Program-made: the position numbers and the translations under genes
Notes under the pieces: generated by a model
The model's database searches: none
Seen by the model: only the letters and a program-made list of their open reading frames with translations
What the model was told of the DNA's origin: nothing
Assembly: GCA_024542985.1 (NCBI GenBank)
Contig: JAMXCX010000002.1
Span: forward strand, 1 to 63,979
Direction: 5' to 3'
Length of the DNA: 63,979 nucleotides
Origin: Candidatus Omnitrophota bacterium
Lineage (GTDB): Bacteria; Omnitrophota; Gorgyraeia; Duberdicusellales; 4484-171
Shown: in pieces, positions 17,857 to 27,321 of the stretch
Layout of the letters: the number at the start of each line of letters is the position of its first letter
How positions within the stretch are numbered: the first letter of the stretch is position 1

Positions 17857-18903
17857 TTAAGGCTTACGGTTTATGACTCTTTTAATATTTTTCCTAAAAG
17901 GCGGATAAATTACTCCTTTATCGCTTACTATTGCTGTAATGAGCTTACTGGGCGTTATGTCAAAGGCCGGATTTTTGACTTGCATATGTCTAGGGGTAAT
18001 ATATACCTTCCCCAGCACCTTTCTCACCTCATCAGCACATCTTTTCTCTATAGGGATAAATTTACCGCTCTTTAATTTTAAGTCAAACGTGCTAAAAGGA
18101 GCAACTACATAAAAAGGAATTTTATGATAATGAGCTAAAACAGCTAAGCTGTATGTACCGATTTTATTAGCAGTATCACCGTTAGCAGCAATTCTATCGG
18201 CTCCTAGAAAGATTTTATCAATTTGCCTTTCTTGCATAAGAGAAGCAGCCATATTATCACAAATTACGGTAGAAGGTATCTTCCTTTTATCCAGCTCCCA
18301 AGCTGTTAGGCGTGAACCCTGCAATAAAGGCCTGGTCTCATCAGCATAAATCCTTATATTTTTATGCAAGCGATGGGCCTTATAAATAACCGCTAAAGCT
18401 GTACCATCACCTGAAGTAGCCAAAAAACCAGTGTTACAATGAGTTAATATCCTATCTCCCTTTTTAATAAGTTTAACCCCATAACCAGCCATTTTGCGGC
18501 ATAAGTCTATATCTTCTGCATGTATATCTTTTGCTTCTTTTAAAATTTCGCTTTTTATTTTAAAAATGCTTTCTTTTTGATTCTTTTTAACTACTAACAC
18601 CAATCTTTGCAGAGCCCAGAATAAATTTACTGCTGTCGGCCGGGAAGTCTTAAGGTAATCAATTGCTTCCTTTAGCTGTCTTAGAAACTTTTCTTTTTGT
18701 GAAGAAAATTTTTTTGAGGCAATAAAAACATTGTAGGCGGCAAAAACCCCTATCAAAGGAGCTCCTCTTATCCGTAAATTCTTAATCGCCTTATAGCCGT
18801 CACCTAAAGATTTACATTCCCGCCATAGCTCCTGCAGCGGAAGCTTAGTCTGGTCAAGATAGAAAAGCCGGTTATTTTTAAATCTTATAGAACCCATATT
18901 CAA
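17857..18903 (-). CDS. mtnA: methylthioribose-1-phosphate isomerase (eIF-2B-like family)
   Basis: IRGAPLIGV and GADRIAANGDTANKIGTY motifs. Confidence 0.85.
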   Translation of the reverse strand: MNMGSIRFKNNRLFYLDQTKLPLQELWRECKSLGDGYKAIKNLRIRGAPLIGVFAAYNVFIASKKFSSQKEKFLRQLKEAIDYLKTSRPTAVNLFWALQRLVLVVKKNQKESIFKIKSEILKEAKDIHAEDIDLCRKMAGYGVKLIKKGDRILTHCNTGFLATSGDGTALAVIYKAHRLHKNIRIYADETRPLLQGSRLTAWELDKRKIPSTVICDNMAASLMQERQIDKIFLGADRIAANGDTANKIGTYSLAVLAHYHKIPFYVVAPFSTFDLKLKSGKFIPIEKRCADEVRKVLGKVYITPRHMQVKNPAFDITPSKLITAIVSDKGVIYPPFRKNIKRVINRKP

Positions 18904-19646
18904 GCCAGGGAAAAAACTCTCTTTGCATTAGATAAAACTATTTTTTCCAACTCTTTTTGTTCTATTTCTTTTACAAAAGCAGAAAAAGCATATACTTTAT
19001 CTATATCTAAAGGAGTGGAAGAATTACCCTTAATCTTCATATAAGGCGAATCAGTTTCAAGGAGCATATTTTCTAAAGGGCATCTTTTTAAGGAAGAGGT
19101 AATTTCCTTATTCTTTCTCAAGACATTAAGAGAAAAGGATACAAACCCTCCCCGCTCCAATATCTTTTCAAGGAACTCTCCAGAATAGGAAAAACAATGG
19201 AAAACAACATTTTCATAATCCTGATAAAACTCATCAAGGATATCTATGACCCTAAAATTATTCAAACGGTTATGTATCACAACCGGCAAGTTATTATCTC
19301 TAGCCAACTGGATAAAATGCCTTAAGACATCTTCTTGCTCTTCTAAAGCACTATCCGCTTTATAATCCAAGCCTATCTCTCCTATTGAAACTATTCTTTT
19401 ATTTTCTTCAATTAGCTTTTCATATTCTGCCAATATATCCAGTCTAAACTTTTTAGCGCAAAAGGGATGAAAACCTAAAGATGTGTATATAAAATCATAC
19501 TGTTTGGAAAAAGATACAGATGCTGATGAACTCGCCCTATCAATACTAGAATCGATAAGAGAATAATTACCCAAACCTTGAGAAAGAAGTTCCACTCTTA
19601 AATTTCTGGATAATGAGTTAAAATGGCAATGCGTATCAATCAACAT
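18900..19646 (-). CDS. tatD: TatD-family metal-dependent hydrolase/DNase
   Basis: N-terminal LIDTHCH, internal GEIGLDY, and C-terminal LLETDSPY. Confidence 0.85.
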   Translation of the reverse strand: MLIDTHCHFNSLSRNLRVELLSQGLGNYSLIDSSIDRASSSASVSFSKQYDFIYTSLGFHPFCAKKFRLDILAEYEKLIEENKRIVSIGEIGLDYKADSALEEQEDVLRHFIQLARDNNLPVVIHNRLNNFRVIDILDEFYQDYENVVFHCFSYSGEFLEKILERGGFVSFSLNVLRKNKEITSSLKRCPLENMLLETDSPYMKIKGNSSTPLDIDKVYAFSAFVKEIEQKELEKIVLSNAKRVFSLA

Positions 19647-21189
19647 CTATTCGCGGGAAAAGGGGCGATTCTTTTTTTATCCTAAATTTTTTCTGGTTTG
19701 CCCATGTTTTATTATGCAATACGAAAGGCTTCCCATCTAAACCTAGTTGTCTATTTATAGACTCTGCAACAGTAGGCATAACTGGATAAATATGCAAAGA
19801 AATTATTCTTATTCCCTCTAAAAGAGAATATAAGAAACTTTTAATCTTATCTTCTTTATTTTCTTTCCATAAAACCCAGGGTTTTGTATCTTCAATGTAT
19901 TTATTCATTACGCTGATAAACTTAAAAACTTCTTCTAAGGCACAGGAGAATTCGCACCTGTTCATTCTATCAAGATATTTTTTGTCTAAACCCACTATGC
20001 TCTCTTTGAACTCAGAAGGTAACTCATGATCTTTAGGGCAAACCTGGCCCTGTAAATATTTCTCTGCCATATTAAGGGTACGGAAAACCAAATTCCCTAA
20101 ATCGTTAGCCAAGTCGGAATTTATGCGGTTGACTAAAGCTGACCAGGAAAAAGTTCCGTCTAATCCAAGCGGAACTTCACGTAGGAGAAAATAACGTAAG
20201 GCATCTACGGCTATTTGATCATCCCTTGAAAGACTTTTACTCAAAGCAGCTATTAAATCTAAAGGATTAACTATGTTGCCCCTTGTTTTTGACATCTTTT
20301 CTCCTTCAAACTTCCACCAGCCATGCGCAAAAATAACTCTAGGCGGTTCGATATCCAAAGCTTTGAGCATTATCGGCCAAAAAATAGCATGGTGGCGCAA
20401 AATATCTTTAGCCATAAAATGTATATCAGCCGGCCATAAACTTTTAAATTTTTTCTCATTGCTTCCAAAGCCTATCCCGCTTATATAATTTGCTAGAGCG
20501 TCAAACCATACATAAACGACATAATTATCATCAAGAGGAAAATCTATCCCCCAAGACAACCGTTTTTTTAGTCTGGAAATACAAAGGTCTTCTAAGGTAT
20601 TTTTCTCTAAAAACGAAAGTACTTCATTGTATCTTGTCTTTGGCCTTACAAAATCAGTGTTACTCTTAAGATACTTAATCAGCCAATCCTGATATTTAGA
20701 TAACTTAAAGAAATAATTATCTTCTTCTAGAATATCTACGGCTCTTGAACAGTCAGGACATTCTGCAGACCTTTTGAGTTGGAATTCTGTCCAAAATGAT
20801 TCACAAGGGATACAATAATAACCTTTGTATTTTTTCCTATAAATATCTCCTTTTTGATGCAGAGAAAGTATTATTTTTTTAACAACTTCTTTATGAAAAT
20901 CACATGTAGTTCTGATAAAAAAATCATAGGATACGTTTAATTTTTCCCATAATTTCTTAAAATTATCTGAAAATCTATCTACAAATTTTTCTACGTCTTC
21001 TCCTGATTCTGTAGCAATTTTTTTTATCTTTTCTCCATGCTCATCTGTTCCGGTAAGAAGGAAGACATCTCGTCCCTCCAGGCGTTTAAAACGAGCCATG
21101 CAATCAGCTATAATATTTGTATAAGCATGACCAACATGGGGTTTTGCGTTTACATAATACAAAGGTGTAGTAAGATAATATTTATTCAT
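19636..21189 (-). CDS. metG: methionyl-tRNA synthetase
   Basis: HIGH-type motif PHVGHAY, KMSKT motif, and zinc knuckles CIPC...CPDC. Confidence 0.95.
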   Translation of the reverse strand: MNKYYLTTPLYYVNAKPHVGHAYTNIIADCMARFKRLEGRDVFLLTGTDEHGEKIKKIATESGEDVEKFVDRFSDNFKKLWEKLNVSYDFFIRTTCDFHKEVVKKIILSLHQKGDIYRKKYKGYYCIPCESFWTEFQLKRSAECPDCSRAVDILEEDNYFFKLSKYQDWLIKYLKSNTDFVRPKTRYNEVLSFLEKNTLEDLCISRLKKRLSWGIDFPLDDNYVVYVWFDALANYISGIGFGSNEKKFKSLWPADIHFMAKDILRHHAIFWPIMLKALDIEPPRVIFAHGWWKFEGEKMSKTRGNIVNPLDLIAALSKSLSRDDQIAVDALRYFLLREVPLGLDGTFSWSALVNRINSDLANDLGNLVFRTLNMAEKYLQGQVCPKDHELPSEFKESIVGLDKKYLDRMNRCEFSCALEEVFKFISVMNKYIEDTKPWVLWKENKEDKIKSFLYSLLEGIRIISLHIYPVMPTVAESINRQLGLDGKPFVLHNKTWANQKKFRIKKESPLFPRIDVD

Positions 21190-21976
21190 TTTCTTTAAAA
21201 CTAACTTTCTCTACTCTACCATCTTCTAACTCAACATGAACAAGCCTCTTCAAAATATTGACTGAGGTAACTTTGCCCTTTCCTTGAACAGTTTCTATCG
21301 TTTGGCCCTCCTTAGGAAGGCCTTTGGATAACTCTTTATAATTCTTGTATTCATAAAAAAGACAACACATGAGCCTGCCGCATATACCTGAAATTTTACC
21401 TGAGCTTAAGGGTAACTTTTGCAGTTTTGCCATCTTCATACTGACCGGCTCAAAACTTTTTAAAAATCTTATGCAACATAATTTTTGCCCACAAGGACCT
21501 ATACCGCCAAATAATCTCGCCTCATCCCTTACCCCGATTTGCCGCATCTCTATCCGAATTCTAAACATCTTTGCCAACTCTTTAACCAGCTCTCTGAAAT
21601 CTACTCTGCCTTCTGAAGTAAAATAAAAAACTATTTTCTTTTTATCTAGAGAATACTCGGTATCCACTAACTTCATAGCTAATTTATATTCTTTTATTTT
21701 ACGTGAACATAATCTCATAGCATCCTTGGCCTCTTTTCGATTAGACTTTATTTGTTTTAAATCCTGCTGGCTAACCTTTCGCATGATATTCTTGACAACA
21801 CCACATTTTCCTTGATGCTTAGCAGATAAATCTACATCGTTTATTTCAATAACCTCACCATAATCAATGCCTCTATCAGCATCAATCACGACATAATCAT
21901 GGACTCCTATATCCTCACTAACTCGATAGGTCATTATCTGACCGGCTTCTCTTAATCTTACCAAAGCAACTCTCAT
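21182..21976 (-). CDS. PSP1-domain protein (YaaT/RicT-like)
   Basis: PSP1 C-terminal core with a Cys cluster (GPCGQKLCC...GICGRLMCC). Sits in the conserved position after holB. Confidence 0.85.
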   Translation of the reverse strand: MRVALVRLREAGQIMTYRVSEDIGVHDYVVIDADRGIDYGEVIEINDVDLSAKHQGKCGVVKNIMRKVSQQDLKQIKSNRKEAKDAMRLCSRKIKEYKLAMKLVDTEYSLDKKKIVFYFTSEGRVDFRELVKELAKMFRIRIEMRQIGVRDEARLFGGIGPCGQKLCCIRFLKSFEPVSMKMAKLQKLPLSSGKISGICGRLMCCLFYEYKNYKELSKGLPKEGQTIETVQGKGKVTSVNILKRLVHVELEDGRVEKVSFKENE

Positions 21977-21993
21977 ACTCTTTCACTCCTGTT

Positions 21994-22020
21994 GTAAGCT
22001 ATAAGCTATAGGCCTTAAGA
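21994..22020. repeat. heptad array (gtaagctataagctataggccttaaga)
   Basis: Fills the holB stop to PSP1 SD spacer. TAAGCT orientation. Confidence 0.7.
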
Positions 22021-22803
22021 TTAGTTCAATTTTAGCCTTATTAAATTTAAAGCCAAATTGATATTTATGCTCTTATAAACACTATAAATCTTCAATACAT
22101 CATTTAAGGCGTTGTGTATTCTTTCTGCATCATAGAAATTAAAGAATAATCCTTGTTTATCTTCCGCGAAAATACTGCTGCCTCTACCTGTAGTCTTAAA
22201 AAGCAAATCATTGTGCAAGAACATAATGAGCGTCCAAAGAAAAGATGAAAATTTAACCCTATCCTTAAAAACTATCCTACCTCCTTTTAAAAATTCAGCA
22301 ACAATATCAAAATTGCAAAGAGCATTTTCTCCTGCGTTAAAGGGCAAGAAAATTTTTCTACAACGAGAAATTATCGTAGGTAGAATTCCCTCCAATTTAG
22401 ATACACAAATAGCAATAAAAGAATTACCCGGCGGCTCCTCCAGAGTTTTAAGAAAAGCATTGGCAGCGGCAGGGCTTAGGCTATTTCCATCTTTTAGAAT
22501 AACTATTTTCTTTTTTAACCGGAAACTCTTTAAATAAAGAAAATGTATGGCTTCTCTTATTTTATCAATCCTTGTGTTGAGGCCTTGGGGCTCAACACAG
22601 AATAAATCCGGATGGTTGTGAGCCTCTATCATTTTGCAATCCCAACAACTACTGCAAAAATAGGAATCATTCTCACAAGATATCACTTTTAGGATATCAT
22701 CAAGAAGAGTAAAATCCCGGCCGATAAAAAGATAAGACGCCGCAGAAGAAGAATTCTTTTCTAAAATATGAAAATAATCCAAAATGCCTTGATTGCTTTT
22801 CAT
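22021..22803 (-). CDS. holB: DNA polymerase III delta' subunit
   Basis: NAFLKTLEEPP and TIISRC motifs. Follows tmk, as in many bacteria. Confidence 0.8.
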   Translation of the reverse strand: MKSNQGILDYFHILEKNSSSAASYLFIGRDFTLLDDILKVISCENDSYFCSSCWDCKMIEAHNHPDLFCVEPQGLNTRIDKIREAIHFLYLKSFRLKKKIVILKDGNSLSPAAANAFLKTLEEPPGNSFIAICVSKLEGILPTIISRCRKIFLPFNAGENALCNFDIVAEFLKGGRIVFKDRVKFSSFLWTLIMFLHNDLLFKTTGRGSSIFAEDKQGLFFNFYDAERIHNALNDVLKIYSVYKSININLALNLIRLKLN

Positions 22804-22840
22804 TGTGAAATCACTCTTTTTTAATTCGTCTTATGTTTTT

Positions 22841-23458
22841 TTAGAAAAACTTTTTAACTATGCTCCCTTGTATCTGATTGTAGATTTTATCTAAACTGCC
22901 TGATGCGTCAATTACTTTTATCCGCTTAGGATATTTTTTTGCCAGCCTTAAAAAACCGCCTCTTAATTTATTATGAAAACTTAAAGGCCTAGATTCAATC
23001 CTGTCTTTATTTTTTAGCCGCTTAAGGCCGACTTTAACCTGGGTATCCAGGAAAAAAGTTATCTCGGGTTCAATGCCCAAGGAAAACATTTTTACTCCCT
23101 TTTCTGCTATCTGCCCTAAACCTAAAGCAAAACCCTGGTAGGCTAAGGTCGAATCAAAGAAACGGTCGCAGATGATAAAATCATACTTAGAAAAATCTCT
23201 TCTCAATCTTTCTTCAATAAGCTGCGTCCTTGCTGCTAGATATAGGAGCAACTCCGTATGTCTAGATAATTCTTTGTTTTTCTTATCCAAAAGAATATTT
23301 CTTATTTTTTCTCCTATGCGGGTTGAACCCGGCTCTCTGTATATTTTTACGGAAAACTTCTTGAGTCTTAAAAACTTATGCAAAAACTTTATCACGCTGC
23401 TCTTTCCGCTGCCTTCCAGGCCCTCAATCGTAATAAATATAGCCTTTTTTTTCATCAT
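22841..23458 (-). CDS. tmk: thymidylate kinase
   Basis: P-loop IEGLEGSGKS and DRFFDSTLAYQG motif. Confidence 0.9.
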   Translation of the reverse strand: MMKKKAIFITIEGLEGSGKSSVIKFLHKFLRLKKFSVKIYREPGSTRIGEKIRNILLDKKNKELSRHTELLLYLAARTQLIEERLRRDFSKYDFIICDRFFDSTLAYQGFALGLGQIAEKGVKMFSLGIEPEITFFLDTQVKVGLKRLKNKDRIESRPLSFHNKLRGGFLRLAKKYPKRIKVIDASGSLDKIYNQIQGSIVKKFF

Positions 23459-23465
23459 AAATTAA

Positions 23466-24908
23466 TTAGTTTTCCCCATCAAATTTTTCAATAAAAATCA
23501 CTCCGGCATTTGTATCACTTAAAGCATAAGACGTCTTCGTTTCAAATTGCAATCTCATATCATCAGCCCTCGCATAATCTTTATTTTCTTTAGCCTTATT
23601 TCTCTCTATGGCCATTTTTATCCATTCTTTAGGTATGGATTTTTTTTCTTTTCGTTTGAGGCCGAAAATATGGAAAAACTTCTCCACCTTATCATTTATA
23701 TAATTAACCGTTTCCTCATTATCGCAAGACGAAAATTTTGCCCCTAAATCAACTAGCTCAAATAAGCTGGCTAGAGCCCTTGGGGTATTAAAATCATCAT
23801 CCATAGCTGTTTCAAAATTAGCACATAACGAATCTATTTTGCGCTTATTTTTCTCCGGCATTAGAGGCTCAGCTTTCGAATCTTTCAGCGACATATGCAT
23901 ATCAACCCTATCGAAAAAACTATAAAAAGTCTTCTTTTGCTTTTTAACCTCTTCTATTTTTTCCTCGCTAAAATCTATAGGTTGTGAATAATGCGCAGAT
24001 AAAAAGAATAATTTTAAAAAATCATTATCTTTATATTTATCTATAAAATCTTTTATAGTAATAAAATTTCCTAATGATTTAGCCATCTTCTGTTTATTTA
24101 TAGTTAAAAGGCCGTGGTGTATCCAGTACTTGGCAAAAGTTTTTCCGGTTAAAGCTTCTGACTGAGCGATTTCATTTTCATGGTGCGGAAAAACCAAATC
24201 TCGGCCTCCTCCGTGTATATCTAAAGTATCTGTTTTTAAATATTTTTGGCTCATTACTGAACACTCAATATGCCAGCCCGGCCGCCCCTTTCCCCAAGGA
24301 CTATCCCAAAAAGGTTCATCATCTTTGGCTTTTTTCCAGAGCGCAAAATCTAGAGGGTCTTTTTTTAAAGGGTCGGAATCAATTCTAACTGATTCTAATA
24401 AATCATCAATTTTTTTGCCGGAAAGTTTACCATAATCTTTTGACTTTCTAACTCTAAAATACACGGCACCTTCTGCCTCATAAGCAAACTCTTTATTAAT
24501 AAGCCCTTTAATATACTCAATCATCTCTGAAATATTCTCAGTAGCTAAAGGTTCTTTATCGGCTCCGGGGATATTAAGAAGTTTTAAATCTTTCCGATAA
24601 CTATCAATATAAGCTTTACGCACCTGGTTAAAAGCATCTTTTAAGGGTATGTTTTTTTCTTTAGACCGTTGCCGAGCTTTATCAATTATCTTATCATCAA
24701 CATCAGTAATATTTCTAACCAGTTTAACTTTGAAGCCGTTATATTTTAGGTATCTTCTGATAACCTCGAATATATATATAGAGCGCCCGTGGCCAATATG
24801 ACAATCATCATACACAGTAACCCCGCAAGTATACATTCTTACTGTTTGAGAATCTTGTGGTTGAAATTCCTCTTTTTTTCTAGTTAAAGTATTGTATATT
24901 TTCAACAT
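23466..24908 (-). CDS. cysS: cysteinyl-tRNA synthetase
   Basis: HIGH-type motif CHIGHGR, KMAKS motif, and WHIECS zinc site. Confidence 0.95.
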   Translation of the reverse strand: MLKIYNTLTRKKEEFQPQDSQTVRMYTCGVTVYDDCHIGHGRSIYIFEVIRRYLKYNGFKVKLVRNITDVDDKIIDKARQRSKEKNIPLKDAFNQVRKAYIDSYRKDLKLLNIPGADKEPLATENISEMIEYIKGLINKEFAYEAEGAVYFRVRKSKDYGKLSGKKIDDLLESVRIDSDPLKKDPLDFALWKKAKDDEPFWDSPWGKGRPGWHIECSVMSQKYLKTDTLDIHGGGRDLVFPHHENEIAQSEALTGKTFAKYWIHHGLLTINKQKMAKSLGNFITIKDFIDKYKDNDFLKLFFLSAHYSQPIDFSEEKIEEVKKQKKTFYSFFDRVDMHMSLKDSKAEPLMPEKNKRKIDSLCANFETAMDDDFNTPRALASLFELVDLGAKFSSCDNEETVNYINDKVEKFFHIFGLKRKEKKSIPKEWIKMAIERNKAKENKDYARADDMRLQFETKTSYALSDTNAGVIFIEKFDGEN

Positions 24909-24921
24909 CTTAATTTATTCT

Positions 24922-25398
24922 TTATCTTTTTCGTACTGATGCAAGCGCAAGGCAGGCGATAGAATTTTTACCGCCTAGAATATTTAAAGCCTCCTTGGAC
25001 TTTACTTTCACATTTACACAAGGGGCAGAAAATATTTGCCTTAAAGAACTCGTAATTTCTTTTTTGTAAGAGATAAGGCGGGGTTTTTCAGCCACTATCG
25101 TTACATCGATATTGTTTATCTCGTATTTTCCATCTATTTTACCTAATATGAAGTTTATTATTTTCCGGCTATCAATTCCCTTAGATTCCTTTGCCTGGGG
25201 AGGAAAATAGTCTCCTATGTCGCCCAGTAAACAACATCCGCATAAAGCATCACTTAGGGCGTGTAAGACCACATCTCCGTCGGATACAGCTTCAAGGCCG
25301 GGTGAGTTGTAAATCTTAACCCCTCCTAGAATCAAAGGCTTCTTCTTTCTGGAAAAACGATGGATATCAAACCCCAAACCAACCATGTAGTCTTTCAT
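24922..25398 (-). CDS. ispF: 2-C-methyl-D-erythritol 2,4-cyclodiphosphate synthase
   Basis: GLGFDIHRF and SDGDVVLHAL motifs. Confidence 0.9.
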   Translation of the reverse strand: MKDYMVGLGFDIHRFSRKKKPLILGGVKIYNSPGLEAVSDGDVVLHALSDALCGCCLLGDIGDYFPPQAKESKGIDSRKIINFILGKIDGKYEINNIDVTIVAEKPRLISYKKEITSSLRQIFSAPCVNVKVKSKEALNILGGKNSIACLALASVRKR

Positions 25399-25402
25399 AT
25401 CA

Positions 25403-25472
25403 GCTTTAAGTTTTAGGCTCTAAGCTTTAAGCTCATCGATACATAACTCATAGCTTACCGCTTATAGCTTAC
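25403..25472. repeat. heptad arrays in both orientations within one spacer
   Basis: The left half ctttaagttttaggctctaagctttaagctc is in TAAGCT orientation. The right half tagcttaccgcttatagcttac is in AGCTTA orientation and covers the ispD stop. Confidence 0.75.
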
Positions 25473-26144
25473 TAGCGCTTTTGCTAATAAGATATCTCCG
25501 GGATAGGTAATTTTAAAATTCCGAGAGTCAGATTCTATAACCTTTACTCTTCTTCCCATCAACTCTATAATTTGAGCCTCATCGGTAAAATTTATTTTTT
25601 TAAACTTTTTATATGCGCTCAATATCAGGTCTTTTTCAAACCCTTGAGGAGTTTGTGCAAAAAAAATGTTTTTGCGGTCCAGGGTTTTTTTAACAAAGCC
25701 GCCTCCAACCAGCTTTAATGTATCCGGAGATTTTATCCCGCAAATCACTGCCTCCTGGCGCTTTAGCGCTTTTATAACATTAAGGACGGTTAACTTACTT
25801 ACAAAAGGCCTTGCCCCATCATGAATAAGAACGTGACTAATATCTTTTTTCAATACTGATAAACCATTAAATACAGAATCCTTTCTCCTCTTGCCTCCTT
25901 CAACCAATAAGACACGCTTTTTATTAATAACTTTATTCGCCAATCTGAAATTTCGCCTATTTAAAACTAATACAATTTGTTTTATCTCCTTTATGCCGTT
26001 AAAAATATTAACGCTGTGCCAAAAAAGAGGTTTTATTCCCAAATTTAAAATTGCCTTATCCGTCTCTCTTAGCCTTATCCCCTTTCCGGCACAAACAATA
26101 ACTGCACCAACATTAAACCTCATAATATGTGAAAAAGGGGGCAT
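25455..26144 (-). CDS. ispD: 2-C-methyl-D-erythritol 4-phosphate cytidylyltransferase
   Basis: AVIVCAGKGIRL and VLIHDGARPF motifs. Start set to the ATG at 26144 (SD-like gaggg 7 nt upstream); 26123 and 26150 are alternatives. Confidence 0.85.
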   Translation of the reverse strand: MPPFSHIMRFNVGAVIVCAGKGIRLRETDKAILNLGIKPLFWHSVNIFNGIKEIKQIVLVLNRRNFRLANKVINKKRVLLVEGGKRRKDSVFNGLSVLKKDISHVLIHDGARPFVSKLTVLNVIKALKRQEAVICGIKSPDTLKLVGGGFVKKTLDRKNIFFAQTPQGFEKDLILSAYKKFKKINFTDEAQIIELMGRRVKVIESDSRNFKITYPGDILLAKALVSYKR

Positions 26145-26190
26145 TCGCAAGCCCTCAAGTCTTGATTAATAAATAGGTGTGACCCCTTTT

Positions 26191-27177
26191 TCATGCCAAT
26201 TTTGTAAATATTATTCTTCCGCTGGAGCTCTGTAAAATCGAAGTAACCTCCACTGAGAGAGTCTTACCAATAAGTTTCCTACCACCTTCAACCACCACCA
26301 TGGTGCCGTCTTCTAAATACCCTATGGCCTGATTTTGCTCCTTGCCCTCTTTGATAAGCTTTAAAGTCATCCGCTGTCCGGCGACAAATGAAGGTTTGAG
26401 AGCATTAGCAAGATCATTGATGTTTAATACCGTCACTCCTTGAAGCTGAGCGATACGATTCAAATTGTAATCAGTAGTTAAAACCTTAGCATCTAAAATT
26501 TGGGCTAATTTTATGATTTTCTCATCTACACTTTTTGCACCCTCAATAGTCTGGTCAAATATTTCAATCTCGATATTTGACTCTTGCTTTAAAGAATGCA
26601 AAATCTCTATACCCCGTTTTCCTTTCTGGCGTTTCATATGGTCTGTTGAGTCTGCCAAGGTATGCAGTTCATTAAGGACAAAACGCGGTACAATAAATTT
26701 TGCTTCGATAAATTTTGCCCTGACAATATCAAAAATCCTACCGTCAATAATGCTGCTGGTATCTACTACTATCCCTTCTTCTCTTAAATCCTGCCGCCTA
26801 AACCTAACATAAGGAATTATTAAGTTGAATTCATCTTTCCCCTTAATTCCCAAAGTCAATCCTAAATAAACAAATATAAAAGTAACAAATAATTTAATGT
26901 TATCTAGTATTCTGACCGGTAAATTCTCAGGTAAAGGGAATTGGTCTAAGGTTTCGCTGAATATCCAAGCAAGCAAAAGCCCCAAGACTATTCCAAAAAC
27001 TGCGCTGGATAAACCTCGTAATGAGGTCCGACGGGCAAAAATCTCAAAAACAACAATACCTACACCGATAAAAAAACCAATAACTGCAGCCATAATAGAA
27101 GTATAATCTCCTACAGAAGCGCCTACCGCGGTAAAAATAAGGATAAAAAATACTCTCAGACAAACTAAACTCCACAT
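26191..27177 (-). CDS. membrane PIN/TRAM-domain protein (YacL-like)
   Basis: Four N-terminal TM helices, a PIN-like region (VVDTSSIIDGRI), and a C-terminal TRAM-like beta domain. Confidence 0.8.
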   Translation of the reverse strand: MWSLVCLRVFFILIFTAVGASVGDYTSIMAAVIGFFIGVGIVVFEIFARRTSLRGLSSAVFGIVLGLLLAWIFSETLDQFPLPENLPVRILDNIKLFVTFIFVYLGLTLGIKGKDEFNLIIPYVRFRRQDLREEGIVVDTSSIIDGRIFDIVRAKFIEAKFIVPRFVLNELHTLADSTDHMKRQKGKRGIEILHSLKQESNIEIEIFDQTIEGAKSVDEKIIKLAQILDAKVLTTDYNLNRIAQLQGVTVLNINDLANALKPSFVAGQRMTLKLIKEGKEQNQAIGYLEDGTMVVVEGGRKLIGKTLSVEVTSILQSSSGRIIFTKLA

Positions 27178-27230
27178 ATAAAGACCTCCTTAATGAGCCC
27201 TTGGCATCTTTGATGTCAAGGACGAATTAT

Positions 27231-27288
27231 GTCCGATCCGCTTCGGGAAAATGTTGAAAAGATTTTCCCGATATACAGGCGGCCGGAC
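27231..27288 (-). other. three-segment 17-bp hairpin in the radA-yacL spacer
   Basis: GTCCG/CGGAC, CCGC/GCGG and GGGAAAAT/ATTTTCCC nest in order. Locally GC-rich within an AT-rich genome. Confidence 0.5.
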
Positions 27289-27321
27289 GATTTTCAAAAA
27301 TCTTCAGTCGAATTGAATTAA

